Under the pieces are notes generated by a model, which had not been told where the DNA came from, made no database searches, and was given only the letters and a program-made list of their open reading frames with translations. 64,000 nt of DNA from Octopus vulgaris (lineage: Eukaryota): positions 59,768,001 through 59,832,000 of the forward strand of contig OX597819.1 of the NCBI GenBank assembly GCA_951406725.2, in the 5' to 3' direction. Position numbers and translations under genes: made by a program. Below, in pieces: positions 38,671 to 50,036 of this stretch (position 1 is its first letter; each line of letters opens with the position of its first letter).

Positions 38671-39519
38671 GAGATGAATAATAGCTAAAGTGGGGTCTCT
38701 CCTGATTATTATGTTTTTTGCTCCCTTCCTTTCATTACCCTTTTGTCTATTACTCAGCCCTCTCCTCAAGGTTGTGGAGAGCTGTTGAATAATAGTTCGT
38801 CTTGAAGAAAGGTTTAACACTGACACTTCAATTTATAATACCACTAATTCTGGCTTCTCAATTTATGGTACCACCAATTCTTTCCTGTCTTTCTAATGAA
38901 ACTACTCACATTTTAATCATATATTGCTTGAAAGCACTCAACATTCATGGCTAATATAAACCATTGGGCTACTTTTTAGTACCTTAACCTGTAAAAGGTG
39001 AAAGGCTGTAGCTGTTTCATTGTGGCTTCTTTTTATGTTATTTATTAACAAAGTAACAAATAATTAAGCACAAGAAAATAGCAACTTAGAAAATGAAGAG
39101 CTGTTTTTATCAAAAGGAATAAACTATAAATATGCTATAAAAGAAGATCCGGAACACCTTTTTTCATTAGTTCCAAATATCTGAAGTACATCAAAGTTAA
39201 AACAAGGTCATACACCTAAAGCAAATTGACAAATAATGATTTGAAATGTAATAAACTCCGTTATATACACAACCCTTCCTTTTCAAGATCAAAGCATTGT
39301 TTAAATATAAAACCAAAGTGAATGTAATATGAAAAATTCTCTTAAATGAAATAAATATATTGCAAAAGAGTGAAAAGTTTATCCATACAAAATTTATTGG
39401 AGACACACTGAAGCCATAGCATCAGAGTTAAATAAAATATTCACATCTAAAATTTACTAATATATTATTCTTAGAAATAGAGTTGCTTCTACCAAATTCT
39501 ACTTCAAAAAAGTCCTTAA

Positions 39520-40014
39520 CCCTTTTGATACCAACCTACCTGAGACCATCCCAGGTCCTGTCTTACAAACTTCCTATTTTAACCCCTTCCCCAGCAACTT
39601 TTTTTTTGGTGGGAGAAAACATTTAATTTCCAGATGAATTTTTTTTATCAGACAAGCTTGCACTCTCATCCGATGTATCCAGGCTTCTAATAGAAGATTC
39701 ATACTCATTGTCATTCTCTGGGTGTAATTTGTAAATAAAATTTAAAGAAAAAAAGAAAAAATCCCACCAGAATTGATGTTTAAACTTGCGTGTGGCTGGT
39801 TTTGAAATTATGTATTTTGGACAAATTGGGTGAAAACAAATTAACTTGTCTTTCCCGGGTAAGGGGTTAAAGTGATCTAAATTTAAACCAATTGTCACAA
39901 TTTCAAGTTAATTTATGTTCTAAATACCAGCTTAATAATTAGTTATTGTACTCAATTCTACAATATTTGAAATCTAGTACATTGTATTTCAATAGAAATA
40001 TGGTAACAAAAGGT
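39520..40014. mobile_element. Older TTAA MITE with a second TTAA element nested at 39583-39866
   Basis: Outer: TTAA-CCCTTTTGATACC ... GGTAACAAAAGG. Inner: TTAA-CCCCTTCCCCAG ... CCGGGTAAGGGG-TTAA. Confidence 0.72.
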
Positions 40015-41024
40015 TTAAATTTGATTTGATAATTTTTAAATTAGTCATTATCTTACATCTTATTTGTAGCCAGTCAGTACATTTTAGTGATTCTGACACA
40101 CACTGATTCCAGTAATCTAATTATTTCTTCCAGTCCAACTCTACTACTCCTCTCAATCTGTATCCATCTCTACTCTCTTGCTGTCTCCCTCCCATCAAAA
40201 TGCCTGTGTTACAGCAGATGCCACTGTATCTCTCCTTCTTTATTACTAACCATCTCTCTCGCTCTCTCCCTCCTCTTATAGCTTCTCATTTAGACCTGAA
40301 GAGGGATGGATTCTGCCAATTTTAAAATTCCCAAGACATACCATATATATATATATATATATGACAGCACCCCTACAGCTCCACCCAGAGTTGAGGTCCC
40401 AAGGTAGGAAAGGTGTGTGTGTACATGCAATATACATGTATATCAAATGAAAGCCATAAATGTCAGCAAGAAAAATGACAAAATGGTACTTTCAAGCAAA
40501 ATTGCTCTATGGTATCTTTTTCCACCCAAGTTACAAAGATATTCCTTTGACATTCTTGGCATTGTAAATGCTATAAATAAGATACTGGAAACTTGTAATC
40601 AGTGACTATTATTTTTTACAAAATACAATATAAAATTTAAAAAATGAAATAAGATAGAACATCCTCTTCTCTGATTTCAGTCAGTATATTGGTCCCACTT
40701 GTACAAGCTACAAATTATTATTTTCAGTAAACTTAATTTCTTTTATACATGCTGAAGTCTAATACTTTTCAGTGGTGAGCATTGAAATCTTAGTCAATAT
40801 TTTAATCAATTAGATGGTTTGTATTACTGGTATCTTCCACATATCTAATAATTTTTTTATATTAACCTGTCCAAGAGCAAATCACTGGAAAATATATTTA
40901 TGTGATTTAAAAAAAATTAACAATTTAATTATCATATTTTTATTAAAATATTCTTTGTTTCAATTAATTTAGAAAATGGTAAAGATTTTAATAATATAAC
41001 TCTGTAGTTATTACGAAGGGGTGC

Positions 41025-41308
41025 CCATGGGCATATGGCGTAGTGGTTAAGAGCGCACGCTACTAACCCCAAGATTCCGAGTTTGATTCCAAGCAGTGAC
41101 CTGAACACTAACAGCAACAATAATATCATCGAAAAATACCTTAGGAATGAGAACCCATGTTCGAAATTTCCCCAAGACACCTGAAGAAGGCTGGAGGGTA
41201 TATCGGCCAAAACGTTGTGTTAACAACAAACAAAATAAGGACAAATATCCATCGAATGTAAATAATGTAAATAATGTACATAATTCCTCATCTCTTAAAT
41301 ATAGAACT
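41025..41308 (+). mobile_element. tRNA-headed SINE with hammerhead-containing tail, 7-bp TSD
   Basis: A box TGGCGTAGTGG and B-box-like GAGTTTGATTCC. Flanked by GGGGTGC at 41018-41024 and 41309-41315. Confidence 0.8.
41176..41221 (+). ncRNA. Minimal hammerhead motif in a SINE tail (G12 mutated to A in this copy)
   Basis: GACAC-CTGAAGA-a-GGCTG gagggtatat CGGCC-aAAA-C-GTT-GTGTT, with AACGTT palindrome in place of helix III. Confidence 0.62.
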
Positions 41309-42244
41309 GGGGTGCTGAAAAGTTCCTGGCTTTGGGTAAAAGAAAATACAAGAGGATTAGTTAATTATGATTTTCCCTTCTCAGACACACACTTATTGCA
41401 GTGGTCCTTCAGTTTTTTTAAGCCCTGTAAAAGAACTTGGATGGTTGGGCCTCCAACCAGGCATTTTGTGATACCCTTAAAGCTTGGAACTTTTCAGCAT
41501 TCCCTTGTAAACTAGTATTTGAAACACAACATGGAATTTTGATGGAAAGTTTTAATTTCAACCACTTTAAAGCATGAACTTTGTATCATAGAATCATGGG
41601 TGTTCTCAGGTGGGTTGGTGTCAAAAGGGTTAAACTAAAATCTTATGAAAGATAATGCAAAATTTTAGGTGAAAGTTCCATGGTGGTCCCACCCTCCTTT
41701 TTATGTATCTCAGAATCTTTTTATTATTAGATTTCAAACAACTGCTCGTTAACCTTATAGTATTTAAACCAGCCATACCTGGCCTAATATTCTACCTGTT
41801 TTATGTTCAAACTGATCAGATCCATCCTCTTGCACCTCCCTTACAATGTAATTTTAAAAATAAACAATCACATCATTGAAATCTCAAAGCTACAAGATAC
41901 ATTTGACCGAGTAATCCTGAATGCTAAAGGGTTAAACAAACAATCCTTTTCAACATTTTCAGTTTTTGACCAATCACTTGAAACATATGGTTGGTATATA
42001 TTTATTAGTGATAAAATCACAGTATGTTTGATATATTTTCAGATATAAATGAGGGTTTAGGAAGTATATCAGCCACATAATTCTGCATTTCATCAATCAC
42101 TTATTGTTTCTGTTTAAAATCTGGTTGTTTTTCCTTTAATATATCATATCCTGTTTTTGTGCAAGCAAATTATTTCATGACTACCTGTACTGTTGAATTG
42201 TGTTATTCGATGTACATGTTATCTGTTTTTATTTTCTTTCTCAG

Positions 42245-42281
42245 GATCCTTTGTACTTACAACTAGAAAAGTTGAATAAAA
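42245..42281 (+). CDS. Candidate 37-nt micro-exon of the host gene (DPLYLQLEKLNK)
   Basis: Strong acceptor tttttattttctttctcAG and strong donor GTAAGT. Only one frame is stop-free (phase 0 in, phase 1 out). Confidence 0.5.
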
Positions 42282-42949
42282 GTAAGTATAATTTTATTTT
42301 TTAAAACAATACAAATACTCATGAAATTTTCTTATTTGAAAACAAACTTAATATATCAGTTTGACATTCCAGCAGTTTGCAGAGCTACTGTTTGCTGTTA
42401 ATTGAACCTCTGTCACTGAATAATATAAATGTTCTTATTGAGTAGTCATAATTCTGCCTGGTCAGACTTAGCGCATAGAGATTAGCTGGAAGTAACTAAC
42501 ATATTCAATGCAGTGAATGTATCTGGAGTAACATTGTGTGTCATGCAAGTTGTTGATTAGAGGAAGTGCAGTATATTAAACTAGGCATATACATTGAATT
42601 TTCTGCTCAGTTAATTTTACATCTATTGCTGTTTAACCCCAGGTTAGCAGACTTCTATAAATGAAGGCATCCAAATTATGACTGTCCTTGCCTTTTGTTT
42701 TTAAGGCATAATATATATATAAAGGATACATGATCCAATAGTTCTGATATAGTGGGGACTGATTTGAAAGATTTAGTTGTTGTTTCTAGCAGCTTGAGCA
42801 ACTGCCTGTCTTGGTATGTCTATTGACTAATAGTGATGTCACCGGAGGTAAAGTGGATCTAGTTTTTTCGAGGTTTATGTAAGGAATTTGGACATTGAGA
42901 GAGAATGTTAATTTTTACAGTTATTGAATTTGATGGAGAAATGACTTGT

Positions 42950-43660
42950 ATCTTTTACTTGTTTCAGTCATTAGACTGTGCCCATGCTGGGGCACCACCT
43001 TGAAGAGTTTTTAATCACCTGACTGGCACCCATCCCAGTGGTACATAAAAGGCACCATTCGAGTGTGGTCGATGCCAGTGCTGCCTGCCTGACTGGCAGC
43101 TGTGCCAGTGGCATGTAAAAAGCACCATTTGAATGTGACCGATGCCAGTGCTGCCCAACTGGCTCCTGTACCGGTGGCATGTAAAAAGCACCTACTACAC
43201 TCTTGGAATGGTTTGTGTTAGGAATGGCATCCAGCTGTGGAAACTTTGCCAACTCAGATTGGAGCCTGGTGCAGCCTCAGTCAAACTGTCCATGGAAAGC
43301 AGACGTTAAATGTCGATGCTGATGATGATGATGAATCTACTCCCCAACTTTTTTTTTTTAAACCCTGGTACTTATTTTATGATCTCTTTTGCTAAACAGC
43401 AGTTTGCCAAAAGTTACAGGGATGTGTACATACCAACACTAGTTATCATGCAGCAGTGGGGCTCAAGCACTGACACAAAGACACACACACGTGCATGATG
43501 GGCTTCTTTCAGTTTCTGTCTACCAAATCCACTCTCTAGTCTTTGCTTGGCTTGGCACTTATTGTAGAAGACTCTTGCCTAAGGTGCCATACAGTGGGAT
43601 TGAAACCATAACTATGTGTTTGGGAAGCGAGCTTCTTACCACACAATCATGCCTGCTCCA
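42950..43660 (-). mobile_element. SINE family A interrupted by an RTE 3'-end copy (~43020-43333, + strand)
   Basis: Family A tail 42950-43012, RTE-type GTAAAAAGCACC...(GAT)n block, then the remainder of family A. Confidence 0.78.
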
Positions 43661-43694
43661 AGTATTATTGTTTTGTTTAGTGTCATTGCTATGT

Positions 43695-43880
43695 GACTAA
43701 ACTGATTTGTGATCAAAATCATTCCAGCCATGACCATTCAGTCTTATTTTCAGACATGTATATCTAATCTAGACTTACATTAACAAGTGTGACCTGCCTT
43801 TCTTAAGGCAATGGGATGTGGTTTGAGGGAGATTTAGCTGCTACTTCTAGCTGGTCAAGTGACCACATAAAGACTCCCAT
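43695..43880. repeat. Old interspersed repeat family C (also ~310-510, 3900-4040, 4630-4800, 9590-9770, 17930-18150, 42625-42810, 44370-44810)
   Basis: Shared blocks TGATCAAA..CATTCCAGCCATGACCAT and GATTTGAGGGAGATTT.GCTGCTA.TTCTAG. Confidence 0.7.
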
Positions 43881-45172
43881 CTTTGGTTAGTTTATATGTT
43901 AGATACCTAGGTGTTTGCGAATTATTATACATGAAGTTGTTTGATAAGTTGTAGCAGTCTACAGCCATAAAACTGTGCGGGTCACATGCTTTTGTAGTCT
44001 TTAAGGCTAGATATTCTAGTATCACTGTTTGTATGAATGTAGCTTGATGTGGCAAGGAGCAGCATTGTTTTAAATATTTTGTAAATTTATATTTGAAAGA
44101 AGGAAAGTCAGTCAGAATTGGCAGAGACCATGATAATAAACCAGATTTGTTGCATTGCAGCAATAGTGTTTTCAGTTATCTTTTCACTGGAGTTGTTAGA
44201 TCTTTTCTGTGTTGTATATAATGCTTCAAACTTTTGTGTGTATTGCAGTGGTAACACGATGGTGATTTTTGTTTGTTTGAGTGTGTTGTTTGTACAGTAG
44301 GAAATTTATTCATGTGACTATTTATCAGTTCTTGTGGAACTAAGATAGTACTTATTGAATCCTGATTCAAACCTTAATTGAGCAGATTTATGATCAGAGG
44401 CATTTCACTTGTGACCATCCCATTCTATTTTTTTGTATTACAAGTAGAGTGTATCTAGGACCACAGTATGTCCTTTTTAAAGATTGTAGCATGTGATTTG
44501 AGGGAGATATTGAAGCTGTTTCTGTGATTTGAGGGAGATATCAAAACTGTTTCTATGATTTGAGGGCGATATTGAACCACATTGGTTCATATAAGAACAC
44601 CACCAGCCAGGATTCTAGTTGTTATTGTTGTTGTTGTCATCCCTAGTTGAACAGATGTATTATCAAAGACCAAAAGCATCACATTTTGTAGTAATACTGA
44701 GGACATTATCTTATTTGTCCTTTTCTTATTTAAAACAGTATCGTGTGATTTGAAGGCGATTTGACTGTTATTTTAAGCAGATCAGATGTGTGCATAGAGG
44801 CTACCTTGTTGGCTCTTGCTCCATATTCTTGGTTGTGTGTGTAAGGGAGGAGTGAATTGTCATAGTGTGCTGTGTTCTTCACTGTGCAGAGAAGCTGGAA
44901 TTTTCTGAAGGCAAAAATGGAACATGATGGATTTTAAGTCCTTTACGTGACTTACCACCAAGTTGTGGTAAGTTGCATTTATGGTTTTATTTGAAACTCC
45001 TTTCTAAACTGTCTTTGCACTTCGACTGTGTTTTCAAACTTCTGATAGCACTTGAATTTCCTTTGTTTGAAACTAAGTCTGACTCCCTTCATTATTTATC
45101 AGTTAAATCTAAAAAGAAATGATAATTGAGTTATCAGCTGTTAAAGTGTGTTTACAATTTTTTGGAATACCC

Positions 45173-45962
45173 TCATCATCATCATCATCGTTTAGCGTCC
45201 GCTTTCCATGCTAGCATGGGTTGGACGGGTCAACTGGGGTCTGTGACGCTGGAAGGCTTCGTCAGGCTCAGTCAGATCTGGCAGTGTTTCTACGGCTGGA
45301 TGCCCTTCCTAACGGCAACCACTCCGTGAGTGTAGTGGGTGTTTTTTACGTGCCACCTGCACAGGTGCCAGACAGAGCTGGCGAACGGCCACGAACGGAT
45401 GGTGCTTTTACGTGTCACCGGCACGGGGCCAGGCGATGCTGGCAACGGACACGAACGGATGGTGCTTTTACGTGCCACCGACACGGGGCCAGACAGAGCT
45501 GGCAAACGGCCATGAACGGACGGTGCTTTTACGTGTCACCGGCACGAGGGCCAGCCGAGGCTGGCAACGGACGCGAACGGATGGTGCTTTTACGTGCCAC
45601 CGACACGTTTGCCAGACAGAGCTGGCAAACGGCCACGAGCGGACGGTGCTTTTACGTGTCACCGGCACGAGGGCCAGCCGAGGCTGGCAACGGACGCGAA
45701 CGGATGGTGCTTTTACGTGCCACCGACACGGTTGCCAGACAGAGCTGGCAAACGGCCACGAACGGATGGTGCTTTTACGTGCCACCGACACGGGGCCAGA
45801 CAAAGCTGGCAAACGGCCACGAACGGACGGTGCTTTTACGTGTCACCGGCACGGGGCCAGGCGAGGCTGGCAACGAACACGAACGGATGGTGCTTTTACG
45901 TGCCACCAACACGGGGCCAGGCAGAGCTGGCAAACGGCCACGAGCGAATGGTGCTTTTACGT
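45173..45962 (-). mobile_element. RTE 3'-UTR-derived copy with an internal ~60-bp minisatellite expansion
   Basis: Canonical terminus at 45173-45340, then ~10 tandem GGTGCTTTTACGTG-containing units of 60-62 bp. Confidence 0.9.
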
Positions 45963-46008
45963 AGATTATTGATATATATTTGAATATATTAAAATATGTT
46001 TGTGTGTG

Positions 46009-46061
<53 letters not shown>

Positions 46062-46224
46062 CATCATATATCATCATTTAAAGTCCGTTTTCCTTGCTGC
46101 CATGGGCTGGATGGTCTAACAAGAGCTGGCAAAGCCAGGAACTGCACTAGGCTCCATAGTCTGTTTTGGCATGGTTTCTACAGCTGGATGCCCTTCCTAA
46201 TGTTAACCACTTTACAGAGTGTAC

Positions 46225-46525
46225 TGGGTGCTTTTATGTGGCACTATCTCTAGTGCTTTTTACATGGCACCATCAGCAGTGCTTTTTATGTGGCACCAGA
46301 GCCAGTGCTTTTTACGTGGCACCATCACCACTACTTTTTATGTGGCACTATTACCACTATTTTTTACATGGCACTATTACCACTGCTTTTATGCGGCACC
46401 AGAACCAGTGCTTTTTACATGACACTATTACCACTGCTTTTTACATGACACTATTACCACTGCTTTTTACATGACACTATTACCACTGCTTTTATGCGGC
46501 ACCAGAACCAGTGCTTTTTACATGG
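46225..46525 (-). repeat. ~26-27-bp minisatellite (TGCTTTTTACATGGCACTATTACCAC-like) within an RTE-tail copy
   Basis: About 11 tandem units built on the same GTAAAAAGCA core. Confidence 0.85.
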
Positions 46526-49022
46526 CATCCAGCTGTAGAAATATTTGCTGATTAGATTGGAGCTTGGTGCAGCCGCTGGCTCTCCAGACCTCAATCAAAC
46601 CATCCAACCCATGCCAGCATGGAAAATGGACGTTAAACGATAATGATATATATATATATATGTATGTGGTTATGGGTTCAGTCCCACAGCATGGCACCTC
46701 GGGCAAGTGTCTTGGGCCAGCTAAATCCTTGTGAGTGAATTTGGTAGATGGAAACTGAAAAAGCCTGTTGTATGTGTGTGTGATAAAATATATGTGATGT
46801 CATGTTATGAGCTTTCGTTTAAAGCAAGATGGTATTCATATTCACATTTTCAATTGTCTACATCAAGTAGTCCATCCCTTGATGGACTACTTGTTAAACT
46901 CTATTAGCTTTTACAATGATGTTCACTATTCTCATTGTATCATATCTATTATTATTAACATGTTGCAAACAAAGCAAAGGAACTTATGATAATAAATTGC
47001 ATGAATTGTAATCTTTTTTCTTTTATCAGGCAACATAAATGGGTTTCTATTCTTTCTTGCTACTCCTTAGACAGTTGCTTCCGTTTTGTTTGGTTGGTGA
47101 CAATCAGATTGTAAATATTGTTATGGTTTTGAAGTTTTCATTAAATAGATAAATCTGCCTAAATAACTGATGCAGAAAATTTATGCTTGCATTCCTTTCC
47201 TAGCGGAAACATACACACACACACCTACTGATTTATATATATATGAGAGATCATAAGATAGGACCGCAAAAAAAAAAACCCATTAAAGATACTAATAGAA
47301 ACTAGGGATAATAAATATTGATATGATGTGAATTAACATTGAATTAACCTGAAGCATACCTGGAATGAGTGGTCATATCATTGATAAGATTGCAAGTGGT
47401 AATGAAAGGACTTGGACAAACCTAACTGACTGGTTGAGCAACTGAGCAATTAATTTAAGCAATCATTTGGTTAATTGGTTAAATAGTTAACCGATTAACA
47501 AATAAATAACGAGAGAAGTGAAATAAAACCAGTGCATGTGTTTGTCATTGGCATAATGACCCTCCTAAGATACACCATAACATTGAAACATATATGAAAA
47601 CAACATGAAAACATAAGTATTAGTGTCTCCAATACTTTTTCCTAGTTATCAAAATATTTTCAATTTACTGTAAAGAAATTCAGCTGTAGTTGTGATTTAT
47701 TTCCTTGACCATTTTATTGTCAGGTTTTTTAATTTTTTAAATTTCAGACAGCTACATTGAAAAATATGTTTTTATTTAATATAGTAAAAAAACTTTTAAC
47801 TTTTAATTTTCTCCCCTCACCCCCATCCTCCCCCACATAACAACCTTAAGAAAGTCATTAATTAAGTCTGATTCATGTTATGTTTTATTTTTCTTCTGAC
47901 ATGCTCTGTTTCAGCCCTAACTCATTGACATTAGACATGATATACTCATATAAACGTGGACAATAGCTGTTTAATAACCTGCTTGTTTCTACTTTGGAAT
48001 TAAACATCTTTCTACTGTAGTCTTTGTGTAGTATACATCTAAGAATCTGAATAGGCTTTATGGTATTTCAAGTTAGAGAATGAAAACACGTCTCAGCAAA
48101 TTCAACCTTTGATTCAGTTGAAAAGATTATTATTGAAAGGTTAAAAATCTAATTTACAAATCATTCATTGTTTATTTGTATAACAAAAATTGTCCCTGAA
48201 ACTAGAAAAAAACTTCACTCCAAACAGTAGTTTTTCACTTTGAAACATACAAGAAATTTCAATTTTCAATTTTACTGAATTGATTCTTACCATTGCTGTC
48301 CACAACTTGTCTCTTTGAATTCTAGTGATTGTATTAAAGCACTTACCAAATTGATCTGGATTATAGATCTTAAAAAGGTATTTTTTGATTTTGAAAGGTT
48401 TTTGTATCAAAGTATTTATCCCTATATCTTAAATGTCGTTAGGGAAGAGTGTTTTTAACTTTGTTGGTCTTGGTTTAGTTTCGTTTCACATGCCTGATAA
48501 TAAGATTAGAGGTTGATTTAGTCTTGTTGAACCCACAACAAAAGAGTGTGTAAGATATATCATTATCTTAAAAATAAAAATTAAAACTTTTATTTGATGT
48601 ATATTTATATGTGGGAATAATATTTGATAAAATAGTAAATGGTCAGGAAATCATTTGGTAATGTATCAAACAAAATTATTTTTGTGAATGGGAAGAAAAA
48701 CTTGTTATTTCACTTCGTGAAACATGTATTTTAATAGTTACATGTCTTTGTAAAATTGGATACTCAAAGTGTTTAACCAGGAAATATTTCCCAGTCATTT
48801 AACTCCTCCCCGTCATCATCTCACACACATACATATACAACAAACTTTCTTCAGTTTCTGTCTATCAAATCCACCCACATGGTTTTGGTTGGTCTGAAGG
48901 TGTAGTAGAAGACACTTGCCCTGTATGCTTTGCAGTGTGACTGAACCCAAAACCACGTGGTTGAGAAGCAAACTTCTTAACCACACAACCTTTCCCATGT
49001 CAAACTAAAGGTTTGATCTGTC

Positions 49023-49248
49023 TTCAGTTGAAAAGATTATTGAATGGTTAAAAATCTAATTTGTAAATCATTCATTGTTTATTTGTATAACAAAAATTGT
49101 CCCTGAAGCTAGAAAAAACTTCACTCTATACAGTAGACAGTTTTTCACTCTGAGACATACGAGAAATATCAATTTTCAGTTTTACTGAATCGATTCCTAC
49201 CATTGCAGTCCATAACTTGTCTCTCTGAATTCTAGCAACTGTATTAAA
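49023..49248 (+). repeat. Local direct duplicate of 48113-48338
   Basis: TTCAGTTGAAAAGATTATT...CTTGTCTCT..GAATTCTAG..TGTATTAAA shared with scattered substitutions. Confidence 0.9.
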
Positions 49249-49528
49249 ATACAATATTTTGTATGACTAACCTAACTGGTTGAGTAACTTTTTGTTATAT
49301 TTTGAATGAAACCATTCAGGAAATCAAGGGTGATTATGATATGACTTCAATAAAATATCATTAACCATACTCATCTCAGATTAACCCCTTGATCCACTAT
49401 CTATATCCTCTCTTATGCTTACTTTCTTGTTCCCCGTTACTACAGTCTTATCTTTTTTCTCAGCCACATCCATCCACCCTTTTAAAATGCAGGGTAATCA
49501 AGTGTCTTCTCTGTAGCAAAACACCTGC

Positions 49529-50036
49529 ACTTCTATTATACTTCTATTATACTTCTATTATACTTCTATTATACTTCTATTATACTTCTATTATACTTCT
49601 ATTATACTTCTATTATACTTCTATTATACTATTATACTTCTATTATACTTCTATTATACTTCTATTATACTTCTATTATACTTCTATTATACTTCTATTA
49701 TACTTCTATTATACTTCTATTATACTTCTATTATACTTCTATTATACTTCTATTATACTTCTATTATACTTCTATTATACTTCTATTATACTTCTATTAT
49801 ACTTCTATTATACTTCTATTATACTTCTATTATACTATTATACTTCTATTATACTTCTATTATACTTCTATTATACTTCTATTATACTTCTATTATACTT
49901 CTATTATTATTATACTTCTATTATACTTCTATTATACTTCTATTATACTTCTATTATACTTCTATTATACTTCTATTATACTTCTATTAACTTCTATTAT
50001 ACTTCTATTATACTTCTATTATACTTCTATTATACT
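49529..50036. repeat. 11-bp minisatellite (ACTTCTATTAT)n, ~46 units
   Basis: Directly visible near-perfect tandem array with a few 8-bp and expanded variant units. Confidence 0.97.

Larger units (their letters stand above)
41014..41507. mobile_element. Mariner/Tc1-type MITE whose left TIR is split by the SINE
   Basis: TA-CGAAGGGGTGC[SINE]TGAAAAGTTCCTGGCTTT at left and AAAGCTTGGAACTTTTCAGCATTCCCTTG-TA at right are inverted matches with TA flanks. Confidence 0.75.

Noticed and set aside
38940-39230. Possible hAT transposase C-terminal remnant (LVPNI..KLKQGH)
   Set aside because: Too degenerate to support without a profile search.
41030-41100. Possible tRNA gene (also SINE A and B heads)
   Set aside because: No complete cloverleaf acceptor stem. 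Each is fused to a SINE body and has a TSD or multiple copies.
45221-45983. Overlapping 129-247 aa ORFs
   Set aside because: They are translations of a GC-rich tandem repeat, open in several frames, with no protein signature.
45340-46525. CRISPR-like repeat/spacer appearance of GTAAAAAGCACC arrays
   Set aside because: The spacers are homologous to each other, the arrays sit within a retroelement 3' UTR, the context is eukaryotic and no cas genes are present.
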